A stretch of DNA of 64,000 nt from Leucoraja erinacea (Eukaryota), in the NCBI RefSeq assembly GCF_028641065.1, contig NC_073404.1:13144001-13208000 (forward strand), read 5' to 3'. Position 1 is the first letter of the stretch. Each line of letters starts with the position of its first letter. Positions 49,401 to 61,599 of this stretch are shown here, piece by piece. A model generated the notes under the pieces. It searched no databases. It was not told the origin of the DNA and saw only the letters and a program-made list of their open reading frames with translations. The translations under genes were made by a program, and so were the position numbers.

Positions 49401-52400
49401 CTCCCGCTGGGGAGGAATCATGGTAAGTAGGAGAAATTGCTCTTAAATAAGAAATGCTAGCGGTTCTAGAACTACAAGCAAGCGGGGGATTTATTCATAT
49501 AATAGAGGGAGGGCGCCTGGCTCATTAAACCCATGCCGGCTCCCAAGCAGACTCATCTGCCCTGGCCCTGCACCCAAAGATGCAGCTTCAATGTAGTCTC
49601 ACATTCTGGGTCACAAGGAGAGGTTTGTCCTGTGTTGTCCACACACCATAATCTCCTTAACCTTGTTTGAGCTCATTGTATTCCTGCTTCTGCTGGGTTT
49701 GGAGAATTATGGAACCCACACAAAAGGTAGGAGGAGGCTGCTCCACAAACCCTCAGTAAAACATCCAGCTTCCTGGGTTCTCTCTGACGGGTGGTCATTC
49801 AGGTTAAGTTTGTTTGTTGCCCCGTGCATGAATGTGGCGAGTAACAGGCGCAATGGAAATCTTACTTGCATCCGAATCACAGGCACATGGACGCACACAC
49901 ACACACACATTCAAAAACAAATTATACATAACTTATACAGAATATACAAAAAGGAAGAATACGTGCAAAAAAAAAAGAGATTAATGCAAAAACACAATTA
50001 GAAATAAGGCAGGTCCATGTTATTTCAAGAGGAGTGTCGCAGTGTCGAGGTTGGATTAGATCCTCTTCTCCAGAGATTAATAACTCCTCTGGAAAAATTA
50101 TTTCTTTCCCACCACGGTGATCAAAACCAGGCTCTCAGCTGCAAGATCATGTCCCACCTCCTTTCTCTACAAAGTTATAGAACTCAGTGAACAGGAGCAG
50201 AGTTTGCTGTAGGGTCCCTTGGATTTGTACGGGCACATCTGATCTGGGTTTGGCTTGGCTCCATTTTCCTGCATGTTCTTCAGAACTAGTGGCTCCCCTG
50301 TAAACCCAAAAACCTGTCCATTTTCATGTCGCAAAGTTCCTTACATCCTCAAACAACGCAAATGAATGCGCCCCTTTAGTGAAGCAATAGTGACTGTGTT
50401 TATAACCGCATTGTAAGTCTTACGCTGGCAGCATTTACCCAATGACAGATGGCAAGCTCATTTTTCTATAACTTCCAACCTTTGTGCTTCCCTCATTTCT
50501 TCAATAGGGATGTTACATCTGCAGCCACAGCACGGCACTTATCCGGTCCCCTTTTGCTACTGTCAGAGTCGATCAGCTCTCACCATGGAAAGCCACCTGA
50601 CTCCTAACCTAGTTATACACTTGTCTGCTCATTATCCCGAACCTAAGACAGCCTCCGCTGCAGATGGTCTGGCTGGCTAGTCCATTCATACGTACTTCAG
50701 TTCAATCTCCACAATTTATCTTTTCAGAATGAAAAGCAATGGCTTCCTAAATCTACGATGATCATTAACAGTCTCTAAACTACTGGTCATTGCTCTTTTG
50801 AGTGTTTTTTTAAGAGACACTGAATTATTTATCCCCTCCCACTCCTTCCTGTCTGCAGTGAGCTTCCCATCTCTTCCCGCAGTTCACAATAGCTTGTCAC
50901 AGAGTGAGTATTTAACCCTGGACTTTTGTGTGTGGGCGATGCCTTCACCCACTGCACCGTCTGAGGATATAACCTCTGGGTGTAGAATGAACAGTTCGCC
51001 CTGTGGTTCTCTCCAGGTGCTCTGGTGTCCTCCCACATCCCAGAGGTGTGCAGGTTTATAGGTTAATTGGTCTCTGTAAATTGCCCCTGGTATGTAGGGA
51101 GTGGATGCGAAAGTGGGATAACATGGAGCTAATGTAAATGGGTGAACGATGGTCGGAGTGGACTCGATGGGCTGAAGGTTCTGTTTTCACGCTGTAAACT
51201 ACAACTATTCATTGCCAGCAACATCCATTTTGGGATGCTGCCGTCTCTGGCAACTGCTTTAATGTGGTTATGTACTCTAGTGGTGCAGTTGGTGAAGACA
51301 CCACCCCACACCACAACAGCACAGGGTAAAATGCCCTGAAGATGGTGGCTAGTATTCCTACTGACAGCACTGAGGCAAAGCATTTGTTGCAGGGACACCA
51401 TTTCCTCAGCCCCTTGGATTGTAACCTTGATGCAGCAGCAGCAGCAGCAGCAGCACCTGTGGCTGGTTGTTCTAGTAACAGTGACCATAGCAACAGCGCT
51501 CCCTCAGCCTCTCCCCTGCACCCGTCTGTGTGCATCACAGCTGAAAATAGCACACATTTTAATTTCCTGTTTTTCCAAGGAGACTCCACGTAGGCAAAAT
51601 CCATAAATCCAGAGTGATTGCTGCTTCCGACATTTAATCTCTGAATTTGTAACCAACAGCATTGATAACAAAAGTGGATGTGTACATTTCCTGCCCTATT
51701 ATTACAAGCTGCACCAAAATAAGTAGCTCTAAAAATGTCCCCTTACATTTTGTTTTAAATGAATGGTGTCAGAGAAAATTATTCTAACAAGCACTCTTGC
51801 TCATTTGGCCTGCCCATGTGCATTTGTGACCCTCACTCTGATGAAGGCTGTGTGCCTCTTGTGTTGCTTGTAACCCTTTGTTGATCAACCTGTAATCTTT
51901 CATTCCTTATCAAGAGTCTATGTTATTGCTGGTTTACCAAAATTCTTCTGCCACTGTCATTTGAGAAAGACATACCATCCTCTGAAAGGGGTTTAAAAAA
52001 AAAAATATGGCTCAAATTAATTGGATAGTTATTAATTCAATAGATTATTTATTAATTTGATAGATAAAGTTAAAACTCCAATTAATAGGTGGAATTAATT
52101 GGATAGTTCGGCCATAAAGCTGCATGTCTATACTGACCCACATCTGATCTTGGTCGGCATGGACAAGTTGGGCAGAAGGGCCTGTTTCCATGCAGTACTA
52201 CTCAATAATTCATTTGTATCAGAAACTGAAAGCCTTGACTGTTAACACAAGCATTAACTTTGTGTCTCAGGTCTCCAATAAATGAGCTCTTATTCTTTAC
52301 AAAGCAGAGTAAATCCATATCTGTAGCAGCGGGGAACAAGAAGATGCTGGTTTACTGAAAACACACAAAGGTGCTGAAGTAGGTCAGCATGTCGGGCAAC

Positions 52401-55400
52401 ATCTCTGGAGGACATGGATCGGTGACGTTTAGGGTTGAGACCCTCCTTTGTCCTCGTCGGTCTGGTTGTGGCAGGTGTTTCGGAGAGAATGGTGGAGGTC
52501 AGACAGGAAGCCATTGTAGCTACGGTCAGCCCATTGAAAGCACCATGTGAGGATGGACACAACATACTGGAGTAACTCAGCGGTGGTTGCTTCACTTTGG
52601 AGAAATATTAACAGACTGAGTGAACAGAGCACTAATACCACAAAGCATGGTTTTACAGTAATTGAAAGTTACCTCTGCCTAGAATCAGGGTGCAACAAGG
52701 GCCCGGTTAATCTTGTGTGCCAGTGTGTGGAAGGGGGCGTTAAGGCAGCAGAATGTTTGAACTGGTGAAAGGCAGCTAGATTTCCATGGCGTGTTTTAGC
52801 CCAGCGCACTCTAGGCTCAGTGTAATACTTCCTTGAAGCAACGTCATCTTTGTACTGTATCGGTCGGTGCAGCCGCCGTGCACAGAAATATCCCACAAAA
52901 CAACAAAGTGATAGCGACCAAATGGACCTCTTCGTGTTGAGGGTTAGATGGTAGCCAGAATTGGGAATGAGATCATTGACAAGGGAGTGGGAGGGAGAGG
53001 GGTGGTAGGTGGGGGCATCAGAAATGTCCTTACTTCCTCAGATATTTGCAGAGTTACAAATATCTGAAAATAAGGTGCTCATTCATAAAATGCACAATGT
53101 TAATTAAATTGAATGTACATTGTGTTGTACTGATGGAACCATTTTTGTCAGCATCAGCCGCTGTACAGTGGCAAGCACTCTATATTTAAACATTCGGCAT
53201 TTCCACACTATTCAAGTGCATCAAGTCCATGTCAAGTCACAGAGTGCTCCCATTCTCCCTGCTAATTTTCCCTGCTCCTATTCTCTGCACATTCCCTTTA
53301 ATCCTGCCAGCCACACGACACCAAGGGTAACTTAAATCGATCAATTAACCCACTGACCCTCACAGTTTGTGGGATGTGGGGCGGTGGGGGAAGCGGAGTA
53401 CCCAGAGGAAACCCATGCGGTCACATAGACAGCGGCAACGGTCGGAATTGATCCTGGGTCACTGGGCCTGTGAGGCCTGCTGCCACCCTCACTGTAAAGA
53501 GTAAAATTGTTATAGGTTCAGATCACACTCCCAAAACTTGAGCCCAGATTCCAGCCTTGCATTGCTGCACTTTTTTTTTTAATTCAAAAACTGTATTCAA
53601 TTATTAAAAAATAATATTACACTACAATAAAACAAACCAGGTCCCACTACCATAATACAAGACAAACAAATATCCTTAATAAACTACGGTACAATTATCT
53701 TACACTCCTTGTCAAGGATGCATTCAACGCCTGCGGAGCCCAGCGGTCCCGGAACTCCTCGTGGACAGGGCGTATTCCCTTTCTAACCCCACCCGGGCAC
53801 GGACGTAACCCCGGAAAAGGGTTCATGCAGCCGGCTCGGGTGAAGCCTTCCACCGCCTGGCACCGTGACTCACGGATGGCCGCATTGCTGCACTGTTGGA
53901 GGGACACTGCTGAGGGAGGGCTGCAGTGCTGAGGGTGCACTGCACTGTTGCAGGGGCGGTGCTGAGGGAGACGGATAGTGCTGAGTCTAGGGAAGGTGCT
54001 GAAGGTTGTGCTGCACTGATGCAGGGGCAGCTGAGGGAGTGTTGCAGTGGGAGGGGCAGTGAGGGAGCATCATGCTGTGGGAAGGGCGGTGGGGGAGCGC
54101 CGCACTGTGGGAGGGGCAGTGATGGGGCGCTGCGATGTGGGGGGGTGAGAGTGCCACACTCTTGAATGTCCTCTATCCAACAAGATGTTAAACAACAGGT
54201 ATAACTTCACTCTCTCGGCATCACTTAATAAATGTGTTATTGCTATCTTGAGAGTTTGTGTTACACAGACAGGTTGCCATGTTTCCTTTATGTTAGTGAC
54301 TGCACCTCAATAGCTCTTCTTTGTTGCAGAGACTATAAAGGATGTTATAAATACATGTTCTATACATTATGCATAGTGTTTAACCATATCAGCCATGTAA
54401 TACAAATCTCTAAGTGTGCTCCTGTTTCCCAACACACGGTTGAGATGTTCACTCTTACGTTGAACCTGTTTCCTGGTCAGATTTACAACGTGGACCACAA
54501 ACAGACCAACGAGACGCTTTTCCCAGTCTCCGTTCAGGTGGACATGGCTCGTGTGATGGAGGTGTTCCTGCCTCAGATGCGGTAAGGAAAAGTAGGAATG
54601 AAGCACAGATCACAGCGGAGGAGAGGGTGACCCTGTTGAAATGCTCAAAATCCGTGTGGAGTCTGGCAGGGAAGGGATTCCCTTGTCTGGGAAATGCCGA
54701 CTCAGGGGTCAGCCTCCAAATAAGGGCTCATCTGTAAGGAGCTGAGAAGAGGAGACTTTGGAGTTGTTTGCCATGGGGGCTGAGTCAGAGTACTTTTAGG
54801 ATGTGGGTAGATAGATAGTATTTTTAATATTAAGGGTTAGTACGTGAGAGTCAAGCTGAGTAGAACATCAGCCGAGAATCGTTTTAAATAGCAGAGGAGA
54901 AATGAGGGGCGCTTCTCCCTCCCTCCCGTCTCCCCTCTCTCCCCACCTTCATTCCCCCTCCCCCCCACCTTCTTCCCTCCCCCCCTTTCTTCCCTCCCCC
55001 CTCCCCCGCGACCCCCCTCCCCCTCAGGTCTTCCTCCCCCTCAGGTCTTCCTCCCCACGCTCCCCTCTCTCCCCCATCTCTCCATCTCCCTCCTTCTCCG
55101 GTGCACACTCCCATTCCTGCTCTTGTCCCTTCCCACTGCTAGGTTGTTGATGGGCATACAGAAGGTGCAGCACCTTCCCGAGACCGTCACCCAAAGCCCG
55201 GGGAACATGGTGGTGACGGACTGGGAGATGGACCGGCTCTTGTGGGTGAGGACAGTGGAGAACATTGCCACGGCCACCAACACGCTCACCTCCCTGGCAC
55301 AGCTCATCGATAAAATTGGCAACATCGTGATCAACGACAACATCGCCTCTGAGGTGGGTTTAGCTGCTCTCTTTCTTCCTCTGTGGCTGTGTGTTGGAGT

Positions 55401-56521
55401 GCGGTTGTAAAGGTGTCACACTATCTTGCCTGTCTCTCCCACCCACACCAGGTTCCTGCGATTGTCAGTGGGTGGAGACAGATCCCCTGGCAGATCACAG
55501 GACTGTGGGTGGCGCGATGGAGCAGCAGTATAGTTGCTCCCTCACAGTGCCAGAGACACGGACTCGATGGACCAAAGGGCCTGTTTCCGCACTGTATCTT
55601 TAAACTAAACTAAAAGGGTAAAAAGCACAACAAGAAATAGCAGGTCAAGTGGGAATTGGACACAGGGAGCATGGTCTCATTCTGTAGTCCACTGAAAGCC
55701 AGTTGTATGTTTACTCCGTGTTAGCACTTGAGCTTTGTCTCCTCACGGGCAAACTGCACACGAGCAAACCCCACCACACGGACAAACTCCACCACACGGA
55801 CAAACTGCACCACACGGACAAACTGCACCACACGGACAAACTCCACCACACGCAAACCCCACCACACGGGCAAACCCCACCACACGGACAAACCCCACCA
55901 CACGGACAAACTGCACCACACGGGCAAACCCCACCACACGGACAAACTGCACCACACGGGCAAACCCCACCACACGGACAAATTTCACACAGACAGTGGT
56001 GAATCTCTGGAATTCTCTGCCACAGAAGGTAGTTGAGGCCAGGCTATATTTAAGAGGGAGTGAGATGTGGCCCTTGTGGCCAAAGGGATCAGGGGGTATG
56101 GAAAGAAGGCAGGTACAGGATACTGAGTTGGATGATCAGCCATGATCATATTGAATGGCGGTGCGGGCTTGAAGGGCCGAATGGCCTACTCCTGCAGCTA
56201 TTTTCTATGTTTCTATGTTTCCTCGGGTAATGCTTGTCTCTCTCCCTGTAACTGCAGGTGTACAGAGCCGTGGCTTCCGTTCAGCTGTCACTGGAGGAGC
56301 TGGAGGCTGGGAGGCTCCTGCTCGCCTTCCAAGCCAGCAAAGACGCCATCACCTCGTCGGAGAAAGCCTTCTTCGACCCGTCGCTCCTCCACCTCCTGTA
56401 CTTCCCGGACGATCAGAAGTTTGCCATTTACATCCCCCTGTTCCTCCCCGTGTGTGTCCCCATCGTGCTGTCCTTGCTGAAGTCAGGGAAGGACCTGAAG
56501 TGGAGGCGGAAGGTGGATTGA
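37470..56521 (+). CDS. PIGS: GPI transamidase component PIG-S, complete, 559 aa; join(37470..37497,41992..42131,43216..43330,44611..44700,45222..45548,46533..46675,47366..47480,49277..49422,54481..54581,55143..55353,56258..56521)
   Basis: Eleven GT-AG exons give a 1680-nt open frame. PIG-S signatures: [89 protein letters not shown]. Two transmembrane segments, one near each terminus. Confidence 0.95.
38270..38930 (-). mobile_element. CR1 LINE RT fragment
   Basis: Minus strand [15 protein letters not shown]...[17 protein letters not shown], degenerate. Confidence 0.75.
41992..42131 (+). CDS. PIGS: PIGS exon 2
   Basis: ttcag|AA...CTCTTG|gtaagg; first TM segment and [13 protein letters not shown]. 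Confidence 0.93.
43216..43330 (+). CDS. PIGS: PIGS exon 3
   Basis: tgtag|CTG...GATG|gtgagt; [24 protein letters not shown]... Confidence 0.88.
44611..44700 (+). CDS. PIGS: PIGS exon 4
   Basis: ttgcag|AT...GAAG|gtacgg; [29 protein letters not shown]. Confidence 0.88.
45222..45548 (+). CDS. PIGS: PIGS exon 5 (appears equivalent to mammalian exons 5+6)
   Basis: tttcag|AG...CTCG|gtgagg; 327 nt, open; GSVVIYVVP...[14 protein letters not shown]...AFKSSLG. Confidence 0.9.
46533..46675 (+). CDS. PIGS: PIGS exon 6
   Basis: tttcag|GC...TCTCAG|gtagga; [15 protein letters not shown]...NFSVDSQ. Confidence 0.93.
47366..47480 (+). CDS. PIGS: PIGS exon 7
   Basis: ttgcag|ATA...CTCG|gtaaga; [14 protein letters not shown]...[12 protein letters not shown]. 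Confidence 0.93.
48180..49177 (+). mobile_element. CR1 LINE fragment with nested Penelope-associated palindrome
   Basis: [19 protein letters not shown]...[10 protein letters not shown] and a 3' UTR ending ttctatgtttcta; insert at 48314-48528 flanked by actgaaagtaagca. Confidence 0.85.
49277..49422 (+). CDS. PIGS: PIGS exon 8
   Basis: cgccag|GG...ATCATG|gtaagt; [12 protein letters not shown]...[12 protein letters not shown]. Confidence 0.93.
51432..51455. repeat. (GCA)8 microsatellite
   Basis: Intronic trinucleotide repeat visible directly. Confidence 0.9.
53571..53881 (-). mobile_element. Tx1/L1-like 3' fragment with poly(A) and 13-bp target-site duplication
   Basis: T-run at 53571-53580, flanked by gcattgctgcact at 53559-53571 and 53882-53894; minus strand encodes [12 protein letters not shown]...FRDRWAPQ. 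Confidence 0.7.
53882..54350 (+). repeat. Degenerate DeuSINE (SacSINE1/AmnSINE-like) with tandemly amplified gcagtgctgagggag/gcactgtgggagg units
   Basis: Repeated GC-rich units followed by Deu-domain-like sequence; related fragments near 52790-52960 (minus) and 58700-58890 (plus). Confidence 0.5.
54481..54581 (+). CDS. PIGS: PIGS exon 9
   Basis: ggtcag|ATT...ATGCG|gtaagg; IYNVD...[15 protein letters not shown]. Confidence 0.92.
55143..55353 (+). CDS. PIGS: PIGS exon 10
   Basis: ctgctag|GTTG...TCTGAG|gtgggt; [44 protein letters not shown]. Confidence 0.93.
55744..55983. repeat. 18-bp minisatellite (CACACGGRCAAACYSCAC), about 13 copies
   Basis: Tandem units visible directly; they produce the periodic ORFs (KLHHTD / QTPPHG / ANPTTR). 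Confidence 0.95.
55984..56220 (+). mobile_element. CR1 (HER1-like) 3' end
   Basis: tttcacacagacagtggtgaatctctggaattc...gggccgaatggcctactcctg...ttctatgt tail repeats. Confidence 0.85.
56258..56521 (+). CDS. PIGS: PIGS last coding exon
   Basis: ctgcag|GTG...TGA; [28 protein letters not shown], second TM segment, KWRRKVD*. Confidence 0.95.
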   Translation: MYRAVASVQLSLEELEAGRLLLAFQASKDAITSSEKAFFDPSLLHLLYFPDDQKFAIYIPLFLPVCVPIVLSLLKSGKDLKWRRKVD

Positions 56522-56850
56522 GGAGGAGGCACTCTGAGGGTGTTCCTCATAGAATTATGGAAGAATGGTGAATGATAGTGGTGAAAGGGTTTGATAGATT
56601 TTAATTTATTGGGAGGGTGTCCCCTCTCCTGAATGCAATGGAATCATGCTGGACTAGACTGCATGCAGCTTTCCGTTAACTGAGGCATGCTCTTCACTAG
56701 ACGGGTGGGCTACTGAACTGCAGCAAGTGACACCACCAAATTAGATGTTGTAAGCTCAATCTGTACAGTTCCCTCTCTCCCAAAGCACAGCCAAAGGTCA
56801 GGGCTCGGTGCAGTCATGTCAGGCACGTGAGACAGGACCAGGAGTGTCCA

Positions 56851-56856
56851 AATAAA
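56851..56856 (+). terminator. PIGS poly(A) signal
   Basis: AATAAA 330 nt after the stop, followed by GU-rich ttgtgtgttgtgtgg. Confidence 0.6.
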
Positions 56857-58249
56857 CTGGACTCCCTCTGCCTTGTGTGTTGTGTGGTACTGGAGTCTTC
56901 TGCTCCCATTGGCCAGCAGGCTGCTAAACCTGGCCTTCTGTGGTGTTGGCACTGAACCAAACTAATGTCGAGAGCTGTGGCAGTGCTTGGACTGTATGCA
57001 CAGCAGACAGAAGCCCAGCATCTGCAGTAAATGCCGTGTTACACTGGGGACAGAGGTCTGCTACGTATCACAACTTGCGATCCTCATACCCTTTGCAAAC
57101 ATGGCTGGTGCATGAGTTCGTGTTGGCAACTGTCATTCACTTCTAGTCGACTCTTTCTTCCACCCTTGTCTCTCTCTCCTAACCTCCCTCTGTTACTTTC
57201 TTCTGTCCATCCATCCCATCTCAGATAGACACAAAATGCTGGAGTAACTCAGCAGGACAGGCAGCATCTCTGGAGAGGTTTTGGGTCAAGACCAGAGATG
57301 CTCGCCTGTCCCGCTGAGTTACTCCAGCATTTTGTGGCTATCTTTGTTGTATAACCAGCATCTGCAGTTCCTTCCTACACATCCCAACTCGGCCTCTTGC
57401 CGCTGAGCCACTTGTTCTACTTCCCCTGCCTTCTCTCCCCCTCCGCCTGTCTCCTCCTCGCTTCCTCAGTCTTCACCCTTTGTCCGCAATTGTCCAACTC
57501 CCCGATGTGAGCTCTTTAATTAAGTGGAGCTGCTCTGTAGTAAATGTTTTACCTTGTAAATACTACCTTGTATTGCTGTGTTTAATCAGCCCATTATTAA
57601 TGCACTCCTGCTGTATGGGGTAGCTTTGTAGACTCGAGCACAATAATTAGTTTATAATGACGGAGCTGTTAATTAAGATTTATGAAACGGCGTTCTCATG
57701 TTGTCCTTGCACAAAGACCTTGTTGGGATTTTACTTGCAGCGTTGCTGTCCTCGTGCAGTGGGAGGTGTAGGGGCTGTGGGAAGTGTGCATAGGGCTGTC
57801 ACTGGACTGTATCCCAGTCTGAGGCATGTTTCCCAGCAGCTTCAGGAGCTGGCTATGTTCAAAATGTGTCAATTTGTCCAGTCTGATCAAAGTTGATAAA
57901 ATAACCAAAGGACTAAATTGTGTTGAGGTAGACCAGGTTATTTGAGCCGGGAGCTGAGCATTGACTACAAATAAAGACGGGCCCATTTGGCCCATCTTAC
58001 ATGCTGTCGATTCCTCATGTTCTTTCCCTGGGGCGATAGTGGATGTGCTGGATCCCTGAATTGCTTAAAGTGGGTTATTTCTGACCCGGGTGACATGGCC
58101 CTGCATTGTAGGCAAAGAACCAGAATGATTTATCCTTGATTACCATGCATGGGGGAAGGGGTGGAGGGTGGGAGTGATTGGCAGGAAGGAACATCACATA
58201 TTGTATTCCCCAAATGCATGAGGAATTCTGGACTGGGATTTCTCACCTT

Positions 58250-58520
58250 GGATGGCACAGTGGGTGGTAGAACTGCAGTCTCACAGCACCAGAGACCCAG
58301 GATCAACCTGGACCTCAGGTGCTGTCTTTGTGGAGTTTGCATGTTTCCCAGTGACCGCATGGGTTTCCTCTGATTGCTCCGGTTTTGAGTTTGCAGGTTA
58401 AGGGCATCTTTATATTAACCCTAGTGTGCAGGGAGTGGATGCAACAGAACGAGCATGAACAGATGTTGGCATGGACTCGGTGGGCCAAAGGGCCTGTTTC
58501 AATGCCATACCATTTAATCA
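58250..58520 (+). mobile_element. V-SINE (HE1-like)
   Basis: tRNA head, V-domain ggagtttgcatgtt, gggccaaagggcctgtttc tail. Confidence 0.75.
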
Positions 58521-59344
58521 AATTTTTGTTTACAAGATGATTGAAAAATTGGTCATCCGAGCTGGGAGTACTGGAATAACTGCTGCTGTATGCCTGTGTG
58601 GAGGGAAGGGAGGTGATGCTGCCTGCTGCATCTGGTTCTGCTGCTGTGTTGGATATAGGTTAAACAAGCTCCTGCATGAACTCTGACTCAAACAGGCCCT
58701 TGATCATTCTGGACAGCCCCATTTATCCCTCAACAGAGATCACTGTCACCGGTGATCTGCTCATTCACCCTCAAGAGTACGAGCTTGCTGTGAGTAATTT
58801 GGCCGCAACATTTCCTGCTTAACTATAACCACTTCAAAAGCACAGTGGCCGGCCGTAAAATTTTATTTTAAGTTATGAACCGTGCTGTGAAAATAGTGAT
58901 CACGGATAACGCAGTTTACTTCTGAGATACAGAGTGGAAACAGGCCCTTCGGCCCAGCGAGCCCATGCCGATCATCGATCATCCATACACTGGTTCTTCT
59001 ATGTTAGCCCATTTCTGCATCGTATATCCTAGGCACAATTTACAGAAGCTAATTAAACTACTAACCTGCATGTCACTTGGCATATATTCCATTCATTATT
59101 TGCTGCCACTCCTCCTTGTACATTGCCTGGGCTAAGCAGGTTGTGCATGTTTCATTGCACTGTATCCCCAGGGGAGACCTGATCTTGTACAAAGAGTGGA
59201 TTTTGTTTGGTTTCTTCAGACAGCCATTTCTCCCTCAAACAGAACACAAGGTGCCGGAGGAACTCACTGGGTCAGGCAGCATCTCTGGAGGGAATAGATA
59301 GATGATGTTTCAGGTTGGGATACTTCTTACTGTCTCCAGCACTT

Positions 59345-59534
59345 TGTTTAAGAAGGAACTGCAGATGCTGGAAAATCGAAGGTACACAAAAATGCTGGAG
59401 AAACTCAGCGGGTGCAGCAGCATCTATGGAGCGAAGGAGAAAGGCAACGTTTCGGGGGCCGAAACGTTGCCTCTCTCCTTCGCACCATAGATGCTGCTGC
59501 ACCCGCTGAGTTTCTCCAGCATTTTTGTGTACCT
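59345..59534. mobile_element. Palindromic Penelope-associated element nested in an older copy
   Basis: Near-perfect hairpin centred on tttcgg-ggg-ccgaaa; older family arms on both sides. Confidence 0.75.
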
Positions 59535-59974
59535 CAAACTTTGTGGTTTGTTCAAGATTCCAGCACCTTGTGTCTCCAGTCAGTTATCCCATCAGAGCAC
59601 TTGCCAGCAGGGGGCAGTAGATGGCGCATTAGTTGGGACTGGTGAGCTCATTGCAGAGACGGCGTTAGAAAGGAGGACAAAACAGCCCCTGTTGTGCCAT
59701 TGCAGCTTCCTACATTTTGTCATCTTCCAGGGGTGTGGGCAATTGAAATGATTTTACCTCGCACTAATCCCAGCTGCAAACAGTGGTCGCTGAGAACACA
59801 AAAGATGCAATAGACTGCAGAGGCTGGAATCCTGAGCAAAACACACAAGTGCTGGTTGATCTCAGCGAGTCGGGCAGCATCTGCGGAGGGAAATGGACAG
59901 GTTACATTTCGGGTCTGGACCCTTCTTCAGTCCCTTGACTGGGCAATAGGACAGTGAGTGACTCGTGTATCTGA

Positions 59975-60650
59975 GAGATGGGGCATGTTCATATCCTGCT
60001 AAACCTCTCCGATCAATGTACATGTCCAAGAGATTTGTAAATGCTGCCTCAGCAACCCGCAGCTCATTCCATACACCCACCACCCTCTGGGTGATAAAAT
60101 TGCCCCCCAGGTTCCTATTTTAACCCTATGTCCTCTGGTTCTTGACTCCCCGACCCAGTACATTTATCCTTCCCCTTCATGATTTTAACCATGATTTTAA
60201 TCATGATAAGACCATCTCTCAGCCTCCTGCATTTCAATGAGATATTTATAGTCCCAGTCTGCCCAACCTCTCCCTGTGGTCCAGGGCCACAACTCCTGGC
60301 AACCTCTCTGCACTCTTTCCAGCTTAACAACATCCTTCCTATCTACATCTACAATATATGTCCAATACCACGGTGACCACCATTGAACACAATACTCCAA
60401 TTGTGGCCTCACCAGCGCTTTGTACAGCTGTAACACAAGATAATATTTCAACTTCTGTACTCAATACTCTGACTGACGAAGACCAATGTGCTGAAAACCT
60501 TCTTAACCGCCCCATCTACCCACTTTCAAGGAACTATGTACTGCAGTTGGATCTCTTTGCTCTTCAACACTACCCCGGAGCCCTGCCATTTTCTGTGAAG
60601 GTCCTGCCCTGGTTAGACTTCCCAAATGCAACATTTATCTGCATTAAACT
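59975..60650 (-). mobile_element. CR1 LINE fragment
   Basis: Minus strand [21 protein letters not shown]...RKDVVKLERVQR. Confidence 0.8.
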
Positions 60651-61599
60651 TAGTGTAGTGTCTAGTCCACTTAGGCTGAGAGTAGATTTTGTTAGAAGTT
60701 ATGTCACATAAGGTAGACGAAATGTTTAAGAAGGAACTGCAGATGCTGGAAAATGGAAGGTAGACAAAAATGCAGGGAAAAAATCAGCGGATGAGGCAGC
60801 ATCTATGGAGCGAAGTCGAGACTCGAAACGTCGCCTATTTCCTTCGCTCCATAGATGCTGCCTCACCCGCTGAGATTCTCCAGCATTTTTGTCTACCTTC
60901 ACGTAAGTAAGGTGATCTTTGGATACAATAGTTATCAGGATTTCAGGGTAACATCTTGACTGGAACCCAGATTCTAATGACAAGGCAGCGTTTCCTAAAC
61001 TGCACTGGAGTTTAACACTAACCCTGCCGTGGGTCATTCATGTTCCAGTGGAGATCCAGACCAGCCTGGTCAAAGAGACGGGGACTCAGGAGCACCGTAA
61101 AGGAAGAAACAAGCGAGAGGGGGTGGAAAGGTTGAGGGAGTCAATCCCAAAGCGGAGGGCCATGGTAGTGCTAATCAAAGATCTTGTATCTTATCAAAGA
61201 TCTCCGCTATAGGATCTTTGGTGCTAATCCCTGGCCATGCCACCGGAACTGGGGAGCACGGAGATACAGTGATTATATTGTTACCTGCACCGAGATTAAT
61301 TGGAAACTGTTTTCAGGCAAATGGCTGGGCAAGAGGTGGTTGTAATCGTGGTGTGAATTTTAATGACTTCCTTCGTCCATGTATATTCTATTTTTTTCTT
61401 CCGAATTTGCAGCTTACTGTTAATGAGATGATTGAGACAGGCCATTCATCCCACCGAATCCGTGCTAACCCGTTGCACCGATCCCACATTTATCCCATTT
61501 AATTATCCGCACATTCCCATCGATGCGGGCAGATTGTGCCAGTCAAATGTGGGCATGGATCAAGGGGCTAGATCCTACACCTGCACCCACAGCACCGGG

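Noticed and set aside
51432-51455. Poly-Ala / poly-Cys ORFs
   Set aside because: Intronic (GCA)8 microsatellite with no exon signals.
55703-56145. Several periodic ORFs (KLHHTD, QTPPHG, ANPTTR repeats) and a CRISPR-like look
   Set aside because: They arise from an 18-bp intronic minisatellite. There are no unique spacers or cas genes, and the context is eukaryotic.
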